From a virus (Duplodnaviria > Caudoviricetes): a DNA stretch of 28,018 nt. Both the position numbers and the translations under genes were made by a program. This document shows positions 16,901 to 23,861 of this stretch, piece after piece. The stretch's first letter is position 1. Each line of letters opens with the position of its first letter. The stretch is from positions 1 to 28,018 of the IMG/VR virus record IMGVR_UViG_3300025267_003074; one strand, written 5' to 3'. Below the pieces are notes generated by a model. The model worked only from the letters and a program-made list of their open reading frames with translations, did no database searches and was not told where the DNA came from.

Positions 16901-19528
16901 TTTACTTTAGGTCGTGTTGCTACAGTCTATAATCAATTAGCCAAAGAAGCAGGCATTAATACTAATATACTTACAATGGTAGAGAGAAGCCCCAGAAAAG
17001 GGCAGAGCGACTTTGTGCTTACTAAGATAAGAGATGTTATGCCTAGGGATCTTGGAGCGATAGCTAAAGTAAATAGCTATGATGTTAGAGTAGCTCTTCA
17101 GGGTGATTGGGATGGTGACGCTGTTACTATCTTTCATGGACAGCCTTGGGATGTAGCTAAAGAAGCGAACTTTGATTCAGGGCTTATTCCTGATTATGTT
17201 AACTTAACCTCATCCCCTAAGATGTTAAACCCATTCGGTATAGAACTTGGTGGCCCTAATAGGGGTAGGGCAGGCCTCTCTCAAGCGAATACTATAGAAG
17301 CTTATATGCAGTATACTCGTCAGGTAGAAAGGACTATGGGCAAGGTTCTAGGCATGAATAATGCTGTTTCTTGGATGGCTAATTCTAAAATAACTATAGA
17401 TGGTATGGATATTAATATGGGCTTCTCTAATGCTGAAAAGATATCCAATAGAGCCAGATTAAACCACTTTGCTAATGCATCACAGTCTATAGCAGATGCT
17501 TCTAAGGGTGTAAATCAAGATCTCTTGAATAACCCTGTTAATACTATATTCTTTAATGAAGGCACAGAATTATTTGGAACTTCACGTCAATCCAATAAAC
17601 TACACAGAGAGATGGCTGGAATAGTTCTTGATGTGCTTAGGAGACCGGCAAATATCTTTAATGATATCACAGATCAGGCAGGTAAGCATAAGCCTAGGGT
17701 TGATGAGATGGATGGAATGTACGCTGATTTAAGAAGCTTTTTCTCTGACCCAAATACCTATGTCTTTAAGGAAATTCTAAGGCGCAATAAAGGCATGTCA
17801 GATGCAGAGATGACCCAATTATTACATATGTTCTTTGGTGAGAATATCTCTAAAGATCTTAAGTCATTAGGCGATATCATTAAGAGAGCTAAGTCCAAGC
17901 GGGGCTTAAGGCCTACTAAGAATATCATTAAGTTTGGCGATGAGTTCAAGAAGGGTTTAAGGTATGATGCTGATAAACTTATGGATCTCTCAGATTCTGG
18001 CGAGATAATTAGAGAGATATCTAAAAACCATCTCTTTAATGACAGAGGCTTTATTGAGGCTTGGAACATTAGCTCTGATAGTAAGGAAGTTTCCAGGTAT
18101 GCTAATATAGTCTCAAATGCAGAGCAAGTATTTGAACTTGGACGTCTTCTTGGGGCTAAAGATGCAGAGATGATGGATATGGGTATGTTCGATACTATAT
18201 TTGATGGCTTCCAATTACCTAAAGGCTCAGACATAAAGAAGGCAGAGCATGTCGCTATGCTTGAAACAGCACTTACGTATGAATATGAGAGAGCTGTTGG
18301 ATACCTTAGATATTTGAGAGGGTATAAATCTAGCAATTCATATCAGGTATCAAAAGCTCAAGATAGAGTTATGGCACTTGGGAGAGCTCAAGATATGCTT
18401 GATATTAAGATAAAACAGATAGCGTTACCAGAGAGTCAACTTCAAAAAATTAAGATAATTGAACTTAAGGGTCAGCGTACCCGACTTAGTAGGCCAGATG
18501 GCCAGAAGGGTTATAGCTATTTTTATAAGATTAAGGATAAAAACTTTGTCAAAAGAGATGTTGATGGTAATATTGTAGACGTTAACTATCAAGCTATAGA
18601 TAGAAATCCTATTATTGTTCAGGCTGGTGAATCTATTTCTAGAGATCAGTACGGTAATAAGTTATTTGGACACTATATAGAGCTTAAAAATCCTATAGCT
18701 TCTAGACGCCTTAATAATGAAGATACACTCACTGGTTATATGAGCTATTTATGGACTAAAAACAATCCTCTTACTACTATATTCCCTGATTCTTGGAGTA
18801 GATTCTCAATAGATGCAGGTGAAAACAGCGTATTTGCCACCAGGAAGGCCATAACTAGCTCCTGGTCGAGGTCTATATCCAGATTGAAAAAAGGTGCCGA
18901 ATATGCGCCGGAGATATTTACGCTAGGCGATGCTGAGATAGCAGAAGCCTTAAGTAGGTATTATGAAGATCACTCTAAGATGATGATAAGGGAAGACGGA
19001 TTTTCTATGGAAGGCCTTACAGTAGAAGGTCTAAGCTCTTCTAAAACACAAGTATATTACCTTACTAAAACGCTTCTAACACCTACCCCCTTGGCTAGAA
19101 TGAAAGTTTCAAGCGACGTTGGAGCTGCGCCTTACTTTTATATTAATAAGACATTGCTTGATAAAACTATGCAATATTTATATAGAAATAATCCTGAGGT
19201 TGCGAGAGTGGTGGGTGAAGAGCTTGGGCAGGTGTATGATTTTATGATTGGAAGAGGGGAGATGCCATATATGACTAAAGATAAGTCTGGATTTTATACT
19301 GGGAAAAACTTTATGGGGATAGAGAATATTCCTACTTTAGCTGAGAGGCCAGATGCATTAGTGAGATTTAATATTACGCCAGATCTAGGATTAGGGATGC
19401 AGTCTAGGGGCGTAATGTACATGGGAGATGTTCAGCGGACTTCAGGTGGAGTAAGTTTTAGAGAGATTAAGAGTTTAGTAGATAAAACTATCAAGTGGGA
19501 AGATACCAAATCTCCCAGTTGTGATTAG
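10979..19528 (+). CDS. Giant virion-associated DNA-dependent RNA polymerase (single-chain double-psi-beta-barrel type, crAss-like vRNAP/YonO/eukaryotic RdRP-related)
   Basis: 2849 aa. The catalytic loop LQGDWDGDAVTIFH (D2043-D2047, nt 17105-17119) is preceded by VERSP (R2003), the same arrangement as the beta' NRxP...NADFDGD region. First-barrel-like motifs are GWDGIIIIS (D1606), LGKGL (K1648) and SAVK (K1675). A downstream SIADASKG resembles the RdRP AVDxxKxG motif. Confidence 0.85.
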   Translation: MSEWHFDPSIFPDEDTEKKKKKQLGLVPVQPRSDFEIPTVIKKAEKSVSTDISQEPEGDWGDFFSALGGHALSSATMGLTEFSDDLRNKAWGEKNAHELWGAALGEAAGFLVPIGLIGKGVRAVGSGLKTGVRSIAKQTAKETADLAGTNIAKTVGKEATQETTEAAARNIIRKTLEHESGATIIGKSPKYLYQLEVGGETAAKASSKIGQILTAKLSTNLSEAGIKVTGKQIDDIVTGFTKGIQEGKHYNTLGSWLNHYSRSAPTGGFWKSKFSKWAGEATDEALVLTMDSVMRDYIRSKYTSDDKVPHKFAPGTAAGHGILLGAIFPFIRSGFGLPLFKKGGKEKLTDGARIMFNQWKKTDYAKLAETQQGRSTLKGFLEMLNGKKNITEWTSKKVKITRTGANGKPITEELLLDDILNMNLSSKEGGKIARQALEQIRSSVSTPKALANWALKWSMDTAVSIPRMAVGSAAMNWQSIIDPSMSNASIHEILPHMMIGAFMTKSRRGWMEGEMASRNVDNYFEMARYLDIDTKALADVVNYHKARQDVAINSRGMLGSDSANEIFDIYDIEMREARKHNQRTTVGTEHQIVKDWYDIYHRRGLVEDLDFNILDLEYLSKKQLNTIAGKLETIEYNGKKLSEFTPNEWFNLERINWNQGVEGSHIRFLKRLNDLGVVDFNVDTKQVGRVNREGGNEHIKVDRMILRLHDLGLVKITTHLGEKGKDISPEVIREASESFKDGLRADAVGEGIHVPIELNDNLFLDEMHAVRRIQTEEILQKSVVGDNEGLSPVQQDYRKRAIDPFLLDSKGNMVDPVRIEVTEKDIPDLTRKKMNDSDVAFAEKDRAQLESDLREIASVYHAGTSEKSMTGEVKKLSYEEAKSIVDGFKEMQLPISAERLISDGILSSQIAYKVKVRRFQKKFPDRLQYELVTDLEDAGLGWWNPEAEQFYVYDYRTASLMSGETGTSRARDNMYAQLLSYLGDKVQTTGDLTRQQPVDMTAIKRIHSKIPEVRKKMIVEKIVGLRDKLASIDLLEGENSIKALEDALSDSDGTKALQALEAIAEKLPAVREEILRVKGSLERDLSRGKIFEDALLNTDIYNKDLGLWINALKEAFVTEGRSRNDAEKLLSMMLNERDNSLFYIKNLTKEIEKTVERPGASLEDLALEFAQTHGLAEWKRMVNAVYLSRQKPMETDLYYHENEANFAADIRNDAGSVSRNSVKIIADYDLGKNGELKIEVVEQLKTPEGVSNLVADITDKFGQRAGENFLRNDLGVLLRDSGLQERITRVTYKDGNLEFEFDVASSRTRAREIINEFNDEGIVIYEASGNAMDKGRKPLELISDLSSKIRSAKVRVSQKEDLKRFNEGAHEDISIGNTKEALERIDGSYEVLITGYTKPLFFKSSKENIAAINKKFNNDLVQILADAPGGANGEIAQNISRAFENTSNAALQLRALYWFKTNGKLAYDLFMNDNVSSLEAMSEASRKYIKYSTLFANELSKPVSRESLERFLESNTELSNETRRSIETIVNEFDNIGVVPVLDESFARTFIGKDGSIAETNIFNNRLNHVRQIEIDQSLPKDMRKHLSEKYSNEEFINSLNTSGWDGIIIISKDMYLTSMAMRPEGSNSNALKPTVWHNSGVSTVLGKGLYAYIPEISDVMPRGVHMIMSGSAVKSLRGRSRAGNEIVPLDGSNLTTGADIVNPSMENIIDISFADQGIIKSSHGLTNAPISHTITYGKSKNLVDKTRVWMQLDEIISKAVGWDAHMKNAASSNLAQVLARMEKEGGYEAEGLGFVNEMVNVYGFHHTMPLVKKSIFRMFKDRMLTKINKPTADGKQGRYYILPDMTLKNPYFTTMSKDASTIEVQTQFGEISLPYEYALGMTRGNRALRSVDSMQELQFSFNENGVDYMFTVNGDGTYKIYNNIEAYQKEGFTLPYAHKAPMEVPAGVREIIESLSGVMKSDEGTYWLGSGNDFTLGRVATVYNQLAKEAGINTNILTMVERSPRKGQSDFVLTKIRDVMPRDLGAIAKVNSYDVRVALQGDWDGDAVTIFHGQPWDVAKEANFDSGLIPDYVNLTSSPKMLNPFGIELGGPNRGRAGLSQANTIEAYMQYTRQVERTMGKVLGMNNAVSWMANSKITIDGMDINMGFSNAEKISNRARLNHFANASQSIADASKGVNQDLLNNPVNTIFFNEGTELFGTSRQSNKLHREMAGIVLDVLRRPANIFNDITDQAGKHKPRVDEMDGMYADLRSFFSDPNTYVFKEILRRNKGMSDAEMTQLLHMFFGENISKDLKSLGDIIKRAKSKRGLRPTKNIIKFGDEFKKGLRYDADKLMDLSDSGEIIREISKNHLFNDRGFIEAWNISSDSKEVSRYANIVSNAEQVFELGRLLGAKDAEMMDMGMFDTIFDGFQLPKGSDIKKAEHVAMLETALTYEYERAVGYLRYLRGYKSSNSYQVSKAQDRVMALGRAQDMLDIKIKQIALPESQLQKIKIIELKGQRTRLSRPDGQKGYSYFYKIKDKNFVKRDVDGNIVDVNYQAIDRNPIIVQAGESISRDQYGNKLFGHYIELKNPIASRRLNNEDTLTGYMSYLWTKNNPLTTIFPDSWSRFSIDAGENSVFATRKAITSSWSRSISRLKKGAEYAPEIFTLGDAEIAEALSRYYEDHSKMMIREDGFSMEGLTVEGLSSSKTQVYYLTKTLLTPTPLARMKVSSDVGAAPYFYINKTLLDKTMQYLYRNNPEVARVVGEELGQVYDFMIGRGEMPYMTKDKSGFYTGKNFMGIENIPTLAERPDALVRFNITPDLGLGMQSRGVMYMGDVQRTSGGVSFREIKSLVDKTIKWEDTKSPSCD

Positions 19529-19536
19529 GAGAGGAT

Positions 19537-22224
19537 ATGAGTTTATGTAGTTATAATAGCCCAGAAGCAGTAAAGAGAGAGAAGGATATAAATACTGTTA
19601 GGGCACATTGGAATAAGTTTAAAAACTTAAAGGAAGGTATTGGAGAGGCTGGCACTGATGTGTTAGCTGAGGAGTCTATACAGATAATGGCTGAGAATCT
19701 TTTTCAAGGCAAGTCGCTATCAATGGATGTATCTTTATCTCCTGGGGAAGTAAGGCGTTTAAATACAGAGATAACTAAGCTCAATAAGAGATATGAGAAA
19801 AATAGGATGGGATCTTTATATCTTAATACAGCTGTTGGTGAATCTATCTCTATTAAGCATCCACTTGCTAGATCCTTTTATGAGTCAGTAAATGAGGCAT
19901 ATAACTTTGAGAGAAACTATCAAGATAACTCTTTCTATAAGATTAAGAATGTAAGTGAACAGTTGCTTGACGCTATGGCTGCTACTGGAAGTAAAGGGTT
20001 CAGGGCTAATCTGAGAAAAGCTCAGGCAGAGTATTTTAAAGCGTCGGCTAATGATAATAAATCTCAAGCTGAAGCTGCTATGGTAGAGGTTAAAAAGGAG
20101 ATAGAATCACTTGTAGCTAGTGATAATGGCAAGGTTTACAGAGACTTCCAAGATTTGATAGAGATGAATAAAACTGATTTTGGCACTAGGAGTAAGATTG
20201 CTCCATACGATATTAGAGTTCGTAATGCTGCAGAGTCTGCAAGGGCACTTCTTGATAAGCTTGGTAAAGAGGTTGCTCTTCCAGGCCTAGATAATCTTAT
20301 GGAGGTTGCTACTAGGGCATCACATAATGGGACTACTCCCAAGCTCATGGACAAGCACCTATATAGATTCCAGGAGAAGATAAACGCTGCAAAAAATAGA
20401 ATTAAAGATAACCTTGAGGCTGGCGGTTACTATCCCCATATTATGCTTGAGGATCTTGTCCAGATCAATGAAGCTCTTCAGAATAAGTTATTAACTGCAA
20501 AGGGAGGCGCTCAAGTGAAAGCTGCTCTAGAAGGTGATGGAGGAGTTATTAGTATGATAGATGCTATGGTACCGGACAGGATAAAAGCTGAGACTTCTTT
20601 GAGTGATAAGTTTTGGAATCATGATCCTATAGAGGTATTGAATCAATATGCTAGAGATATTATAGCCTTTAATAAGATAAATTGGATAGGTGCTAAATAT
20701 CTAGAAGTTATGCCTGCCTTTTCAAGCCCTAAGTTCAGCGAGAACTATATAAATGGCATGAGGCAGTTTTTAGATGATACATTTAGAGTATCTACTAGAG
20801 GTTTTAGAGATAGGCCTGAATGGGTTAATAATATGTCTAGAACCTTACTCTCTGCATGGACATTGAAGACTATGGGGCTGTCCACTACTGGAGCTACTAG
20901 AAACTTTCTCTCAGCAGCCTATTTCTTTGGCGGAGTTGGTATGCGGAAGACAGTTAAGGCTCTTGGAGCTTATAAGAACAAGAAGCATATTGGAGGGGAT
21001 GCTGAGACGATAACAGATATAGTTAATAAGGTTGAAGAAGAACAGGGTTTTCACTTTAAGCAGGCTGAAACCTTCAATGAGATGGTAGCAGATGGACTTG
21101 TAAGCGCTAGTGCCGATAAAGGTAGTATCATGTTTGACCCAAGCTCTAATAAGATAGTCTATAAAGATCAGGGTGCATGGAGAGCGATAGATGACGGTAT
21201 TAGGTGGGCCACGACTAAGTCATTGGTTTTACACAGATTAGGTGAGAATATTACTCGTACTGCATTGTTTAGATCTGCTTTTATACAGTCTTATGAAGTA
21301 TTGTCTAAAACAGATATGCCTAAGCTAGAGAGGACTCTTAGAGCTAAAAGATTTGCTCTTAGGAGTGTAAACCAGTTTGCTTTTGAATACGCTCCTCATT
21401 CTAAGGCTAGAATGGTTGGTGGAAGAGCTGCTAGTGGAAAAATAGATCCAGTTACAGGGAAGCCTAAAATGACAGGCTTAGATGCTGCAGCAGCAGGTGG
21501 GCAGCTTATGTTTCAGTTTATGCACTTCCCTATGTCCTTTATGCAGAATCAAGCCAGAATACTGAAGGGTGGCATAGATGCAGTGAGATCCAGGCAGATT
21601 GATGCACCTGAATATGCTATTGCTATGAATTTTGCAGGGATAGCTTTAGCTACTCAAGCCTTATCAATATTCTTCAATGCAGACTTAAATAATATATTAG
21701 AGAATGATACTTTTGAACGATTTAAAGAACTTGCAGAACATCTTACTGATGATCCTGACGTAGAAGGTAAAAAAAGAGGTATAGTATCCCTAGCTTCAGG
21801 GCCAATATTAAGTGACTTAATTTGGTGGACATCTACTAATCTTATGAATGAGGCCCCTGAGGGTGAGATGTATGAGATGCTTTTAGGTGATATAGACTAT
21901 GATGATCCAGCTGTTGAAACTAATGCTAGACGATATAGATTAGCAAGTGAATGGGGTAGGTGGGCCAATAAGATACTTCCAGAGGTTGGAAATGGCCATG
22001 GTTGGGATGCTATGTGGAGACATATATTTGCTGCATATCCGAGAGATTGGACTAGGAGTATGAATAGAAAGGTTTCTAGATGGCTGGATGATAAGGTTGC
22101 AAGTCCTTTGGGTTACCATGATCTTTATAAGCCAGCAACATTTAAGAGAAAAAGCAACAAAAGAAGTAAGACGTTACGTAAGTTAGCTCAATTATCTGGA
22201 GATATAAGCCAAGGAAGGCTTTAG
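19537..22224 (+). CDS. Large putative ejected/inner-core protein
   Basis: 895 aa with SD GGAGAGG and a helical character. GGYYPH and QFMHFPMSF segments recall large phage internal virion proteins. The single Cys is at residue 4. It is the last gene of the plus-strand block. Confidence 0.6.
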   Translation: MSLCSYNSPEAVKREKDINTVRAHWNKFKNLKEGIGEAGTDVLAEESIQIMAENLFQGKSLSMDVSLSPGEVRRLNTEITKLNKRYEKNRMGSLYLNTAVGESISIKHPLARSFYESVNEAYNFERNYQDNSFYKIKNVSEQLLDAMAATGSKGFRANLRKAQAEYFKASANDNKSQAEAAMVEVKKEIESLVASDNGKVYRDFQDLIEMNKTDFGTRSKIAPYDIRVRNAAESARALLDKLGKEVALPGLDNLMEVATRASHNGTTPKLMDKHLYRFQEKINAAKNRIKDNLEAGGYYPHIMLEDLVQINEALQNKLLTAKGGAQVKAALEGDGGVISMIDAMVPDRIKAETSLSDKFWNHDPIEVLNQYARDIIAFNKINWIGAKYLEVMPAFSSPKFSENYINGMRQFLDDTFRVSTRGFRDRPEWVNNMSRTLLSAWTLKTMGLSTTGATRNFLSAAYFFGGVGMRKTVKALGAYKNKKHIGGDAETITDIVNKVEEEQGFHFKQAETFNEMVADGLVSASADKGSIMFDPSSNKIVYKDQGAWRAIDDGIRWATTKSLVLHRLGENITRTALFRSAFIQSYEVLSKTDMPKLERTLRAKRFALRSVNQFAFEYAPHSKARMVGGRAASGKIDPVTGKPKMTGLDAAAAGGQLMFQFMHFPMSFMQNQARILKGGIDAVRSRQIDAPEYAIAMNFAGIALATQALSIFFNADLNNILENDTFERFKELAEHLTDDPDVEGKKRGIVSLASGPILSDLIWWTSTNLMNEAPEGEMYEMLLGDIDYDDPAVETNARRYRLASEWGRWANKILPEVGNGHGWDAMWRHIFAAYPRDWTRSMNRKVSRWLDDKVASPLGYHDLYKPATFKRKSNKRSKTLRKLAQLSGDISQGRL

Positions 22225-22247
22225 GGGGCTATAACACCCCCCAGCCT
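22216..22247. terminator. Possible stem-loop at the convergent junction of the two gene blocks
   Basis: AGGCT-tta-GGGGG...CCCCC-AGCCT can pair, and it sits exactly across the two facing stop codons. There is no U-tract on either strand. Confidence 0.25.
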
Positions 22248-22426
22248 AGCTGAATATACAAAGGTCCGACACCTAAGACTAAGCCTAGATTTTTTCTTCC
22301 TATATCAATATCTATTGTAAATATCCATAGAAATGTCATACCTATAGTATTGTCAGTCTCTCCTTGATAGGTAGTTAGGTGTGCTAATAAAGGCACTCCA
22401 TAGCTAGCTATTTTTTCCATCATCAC
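22229..22426 (-). CDS. Small hydrophobic hypothetical protein
   Basis: 65 aa, with SD GAGGTG just upstream and a hydrophobic C-terminal half. It fills the space up to the convergent junction. Confidence 0.55.
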   Translation of the reverse strand: MMMEKIASYGVPLLAHLTTYQGETDNTIGMTFLWIFTIDIDIGRKNLGLVLGVGPLYIQLGWGVL

Positions 22427-22763
22427 CTCTGTTATCTATTAAGTCACAAAAAGCCCCTAAAGGTATCGCTATATAGGGGCTTCTTCTATTTTTCTTAAAT
22501 ACTACAGCTGGTGTTCTCTCGCCTGCATTAGCTTCACATTGCTCTATGGCGTCCCACATTTGCAGTCTTTCTACATTCTTACACTCAAAGCTATAAGGTA
22601 TTAGCTTACGAGCAGCTGGAGAGAGCACAATGTCCTCCCCAGTCATACCCATAGTCTGAGATTTAATGTCATCCTCGGCCAGTTGAGGGAACACATCTCT
22701 CAGCATATCTCTTACGAAATTCTGTAGCTTTCTACCTTTAGCCTTGACTGATTTCACGTTCAT
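22404..22763 (-). CDS. Holliday junction resolvase-like PD-(D/E)xK nuclease
   Basis: KAKGRKLQNFVRD...GEDI...YSFECKNVERL...AIEQC...PAVVFKKNR is the pattern of phage Hjc-like resolvases. I moved the start to ATG 22763, which has GGGAGG 6 nt upstream. Confidence 0.8.
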   Translation of the reverse strand: MNVKSVKAKGRKLQNFVRDMLRDVFPQLAEDDIKSQTMGMTGEDIVLSPAARKLIPYSFECKNVERLQMWDAIEQCEANAGERTPAVVFKKNRRSPYIAIPLGAFCDLIDNRGDDGKNS

Positions 22764-22926
22764 AGCATGCCTCCCTAAACTTAACCTTGTCAAAGTTAGG
22801 ATTTAAGTCTTCAAAAATGATACACATGTCTGATACCAGGCTGTCCTTGTATATCGTAAACCCGTCTGGATTCGTCCTCTTTTTGAGCATCATTGCTATT
22901 AACTTGAAGTGTTTCTTCGTCATCAT
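22738..22926 (-). CDS. Small conserved-type phage hypothetical protein
   Basis: MTKKHFKLIA...FEDLNPNFDKVKFREAC resembles a common small phage protein pattern. GGGAG SD precedes ATG 22926. Confidence 0.65.
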   Translation of the reverse strand: MMTKKHFKLIAMMLKKRTNPDGFTIYKDSLVSDMCIIFEDLNPNFDKVKFREACYEREISQG

Positions 22927-23185
22927 TTTCTCCCTTTTTATCTGGTATTCCAAAGCCATACTCACTCTTTAAGCGATTTAAAGCCTCCTTTATCTTATGG
23001 TGAGGTATAAGTCGCTTCTCTTGAGAAGTAGCCTCTAAGGCACCATTTTGGCCCGAATTCGATACCATAGTGTCATTATACTCATCAGCAGTGGTATTTT
23101 CTACCTCAATATATACTGTTGAGCCACAATAAGAGCATTCTTGAGCTAGAATGGAGCTTCCATGTTGCTGTCTATTTCCAGACAT
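22811..23185 (-). CDS. Possible hypothetical protein with CxxC
   Basis: It fills the otherwise empty 22930-23145 gap and contains ECSYCG. It overlaps both neighbours substantially and the start is uncertain. Confidence 0.3.
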   Translation of the reverse strand: MSGNRQQHGSSILAQECSYCGSTVYIEVENTTADEYNDTMVSNSGQNGALEATSQEKRLIPHHKIKEALNRLKSEYGFGIPDKKGENDDEETLQVNSNDAQKEDESRRVYDIQGQPGIRHVYHF

Positions 23186-23370
23186 AGTACGAACTCCTCC
23201 TTTCCCCACTTTCCGTAGGTACGAAATATCTCTGCATTATAGATCTTCCCATCCAGATCGATAGTAGAATGAAACATAGGTACTTCATCACGCACCCAGT
23301 TGCCGTACTTATCGTACTTTCCACCTTTATCGTATTCTGAGTTCTTCAGGAAGTTGAATTTGTACTTCAT
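23146..23370 (-). CDS. Small putative ssDNA-binding protein (DUF736-like)
   Basis: 74 aa: FLKN...PMFHSTIDLDGKIY...GKWGKEEFVLCLE, with a C-terminal EAPF resembling SSB tails. It has an ATGA overlap with the upstream gene. Confidence 0.45.
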   Translation of the reverse strand: MKYKFNFLKNSEYDKGGKYDKYGNWVRDEVPMFHSTIDLDGKIYNAEIFRTYGKWGKEEFVLCLEIDSNMEAPF

Positions 23371-23560
23371 TTATCTTCTGCCAGTCTTCTGAGCTTTTTC
23401 CGGAGTCTTTCTTTGCGCATTTCTTGCAGATCACTTTCATTGAGTAGCCCGTTAGCCAGTAAGTCACCGTTACTCTCAGATAAGCTTCCGTCGGCTTCTT
23501 GTAGTCTGTTCCACACATTGTGCATTGATGGATTGTCTTCTGTCCCAGATATACTACCAT
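23327..23560 (-). CDS. Possible overlapping zinc-finger protein (CxxC...CxxC)
   Basis: 77 aa with CTMC and CKKC. GAGGAGG lies immediately upstream of the ATG. The ORF lies in another frame, mostly over the 3' part of 23367-23861. Confidence 0.45.
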   Translation of the reverse strand: MVVYLGQKTIHQCTMCGTDYKKPTEAYLRVTVTYWLTGYSMKVICKKCAKKDSGKSSEDWQKINEVQIQLPEELRIR

Positions 23561-23861
23561 CTTCCTCCTCTATCATGCCCCATAAGAGCATTAGATATAC
23601 TATTGCATCAGTAATTCGACCTCTTACATCTTCTCTTTGAGATTTATGTCCTTTTACATATGCTGTAATCCCATCAATATGTTTAAGCATATATGTTAAA
23701 AGTATCTTCTTTCTGTCAGAGTCTAGTAAGTTACTGATTCTATTGAAGTTAGCAAAGACATCTTCAGCATCATGTGCATATTCTTGCTGTCCTGCTTGTC
23801 TCATTGTATCTACTTGTTCTGTTATAAGATCAATGATCTCACACATTTTCGAGTGGGTCAT
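23367..23861 (-). CDS. Nucleotide-modification-associated (Nmad1/DUF1599-like) all-helical nucleotide pyrophosphatase-fold protein
   Basis: EYAHDAEDVFANF...YMLKHIDGI...EDVRGRITDAIVYLMLL pattern, located next to the primase-helicase. Confidence 0.65.
   Translation of the reverse strand: MTHSKMCEIIDLITEQVDTMRQAGQQEYAHDAEDVFANFNRISNLLDSDRKKILLTYMLKHIDGITAYVKGHKSQREDVRGRITDAIVYLMLLWGMIEEEDGSISGTEDNPSMHNVWNRLQEADGSLSESNGDLLANGLLNESDLQEMRKERLRKKLRRLAEDK

Noticed and set aside
3161-20354. Minus-strand ORFs inside the virion genes (e.g. 4289-4693, 7220-7615, 17758-18336) and the short plus-strand alternative-frame ORF 11892-12080
   Set aside because: They are shadows of long coding genes, with no recognisable motifs.
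22787-22972. 61-aa plus-strand ORF
   Set aside because: It is antisense to the better-supported 22738-22926 gene.
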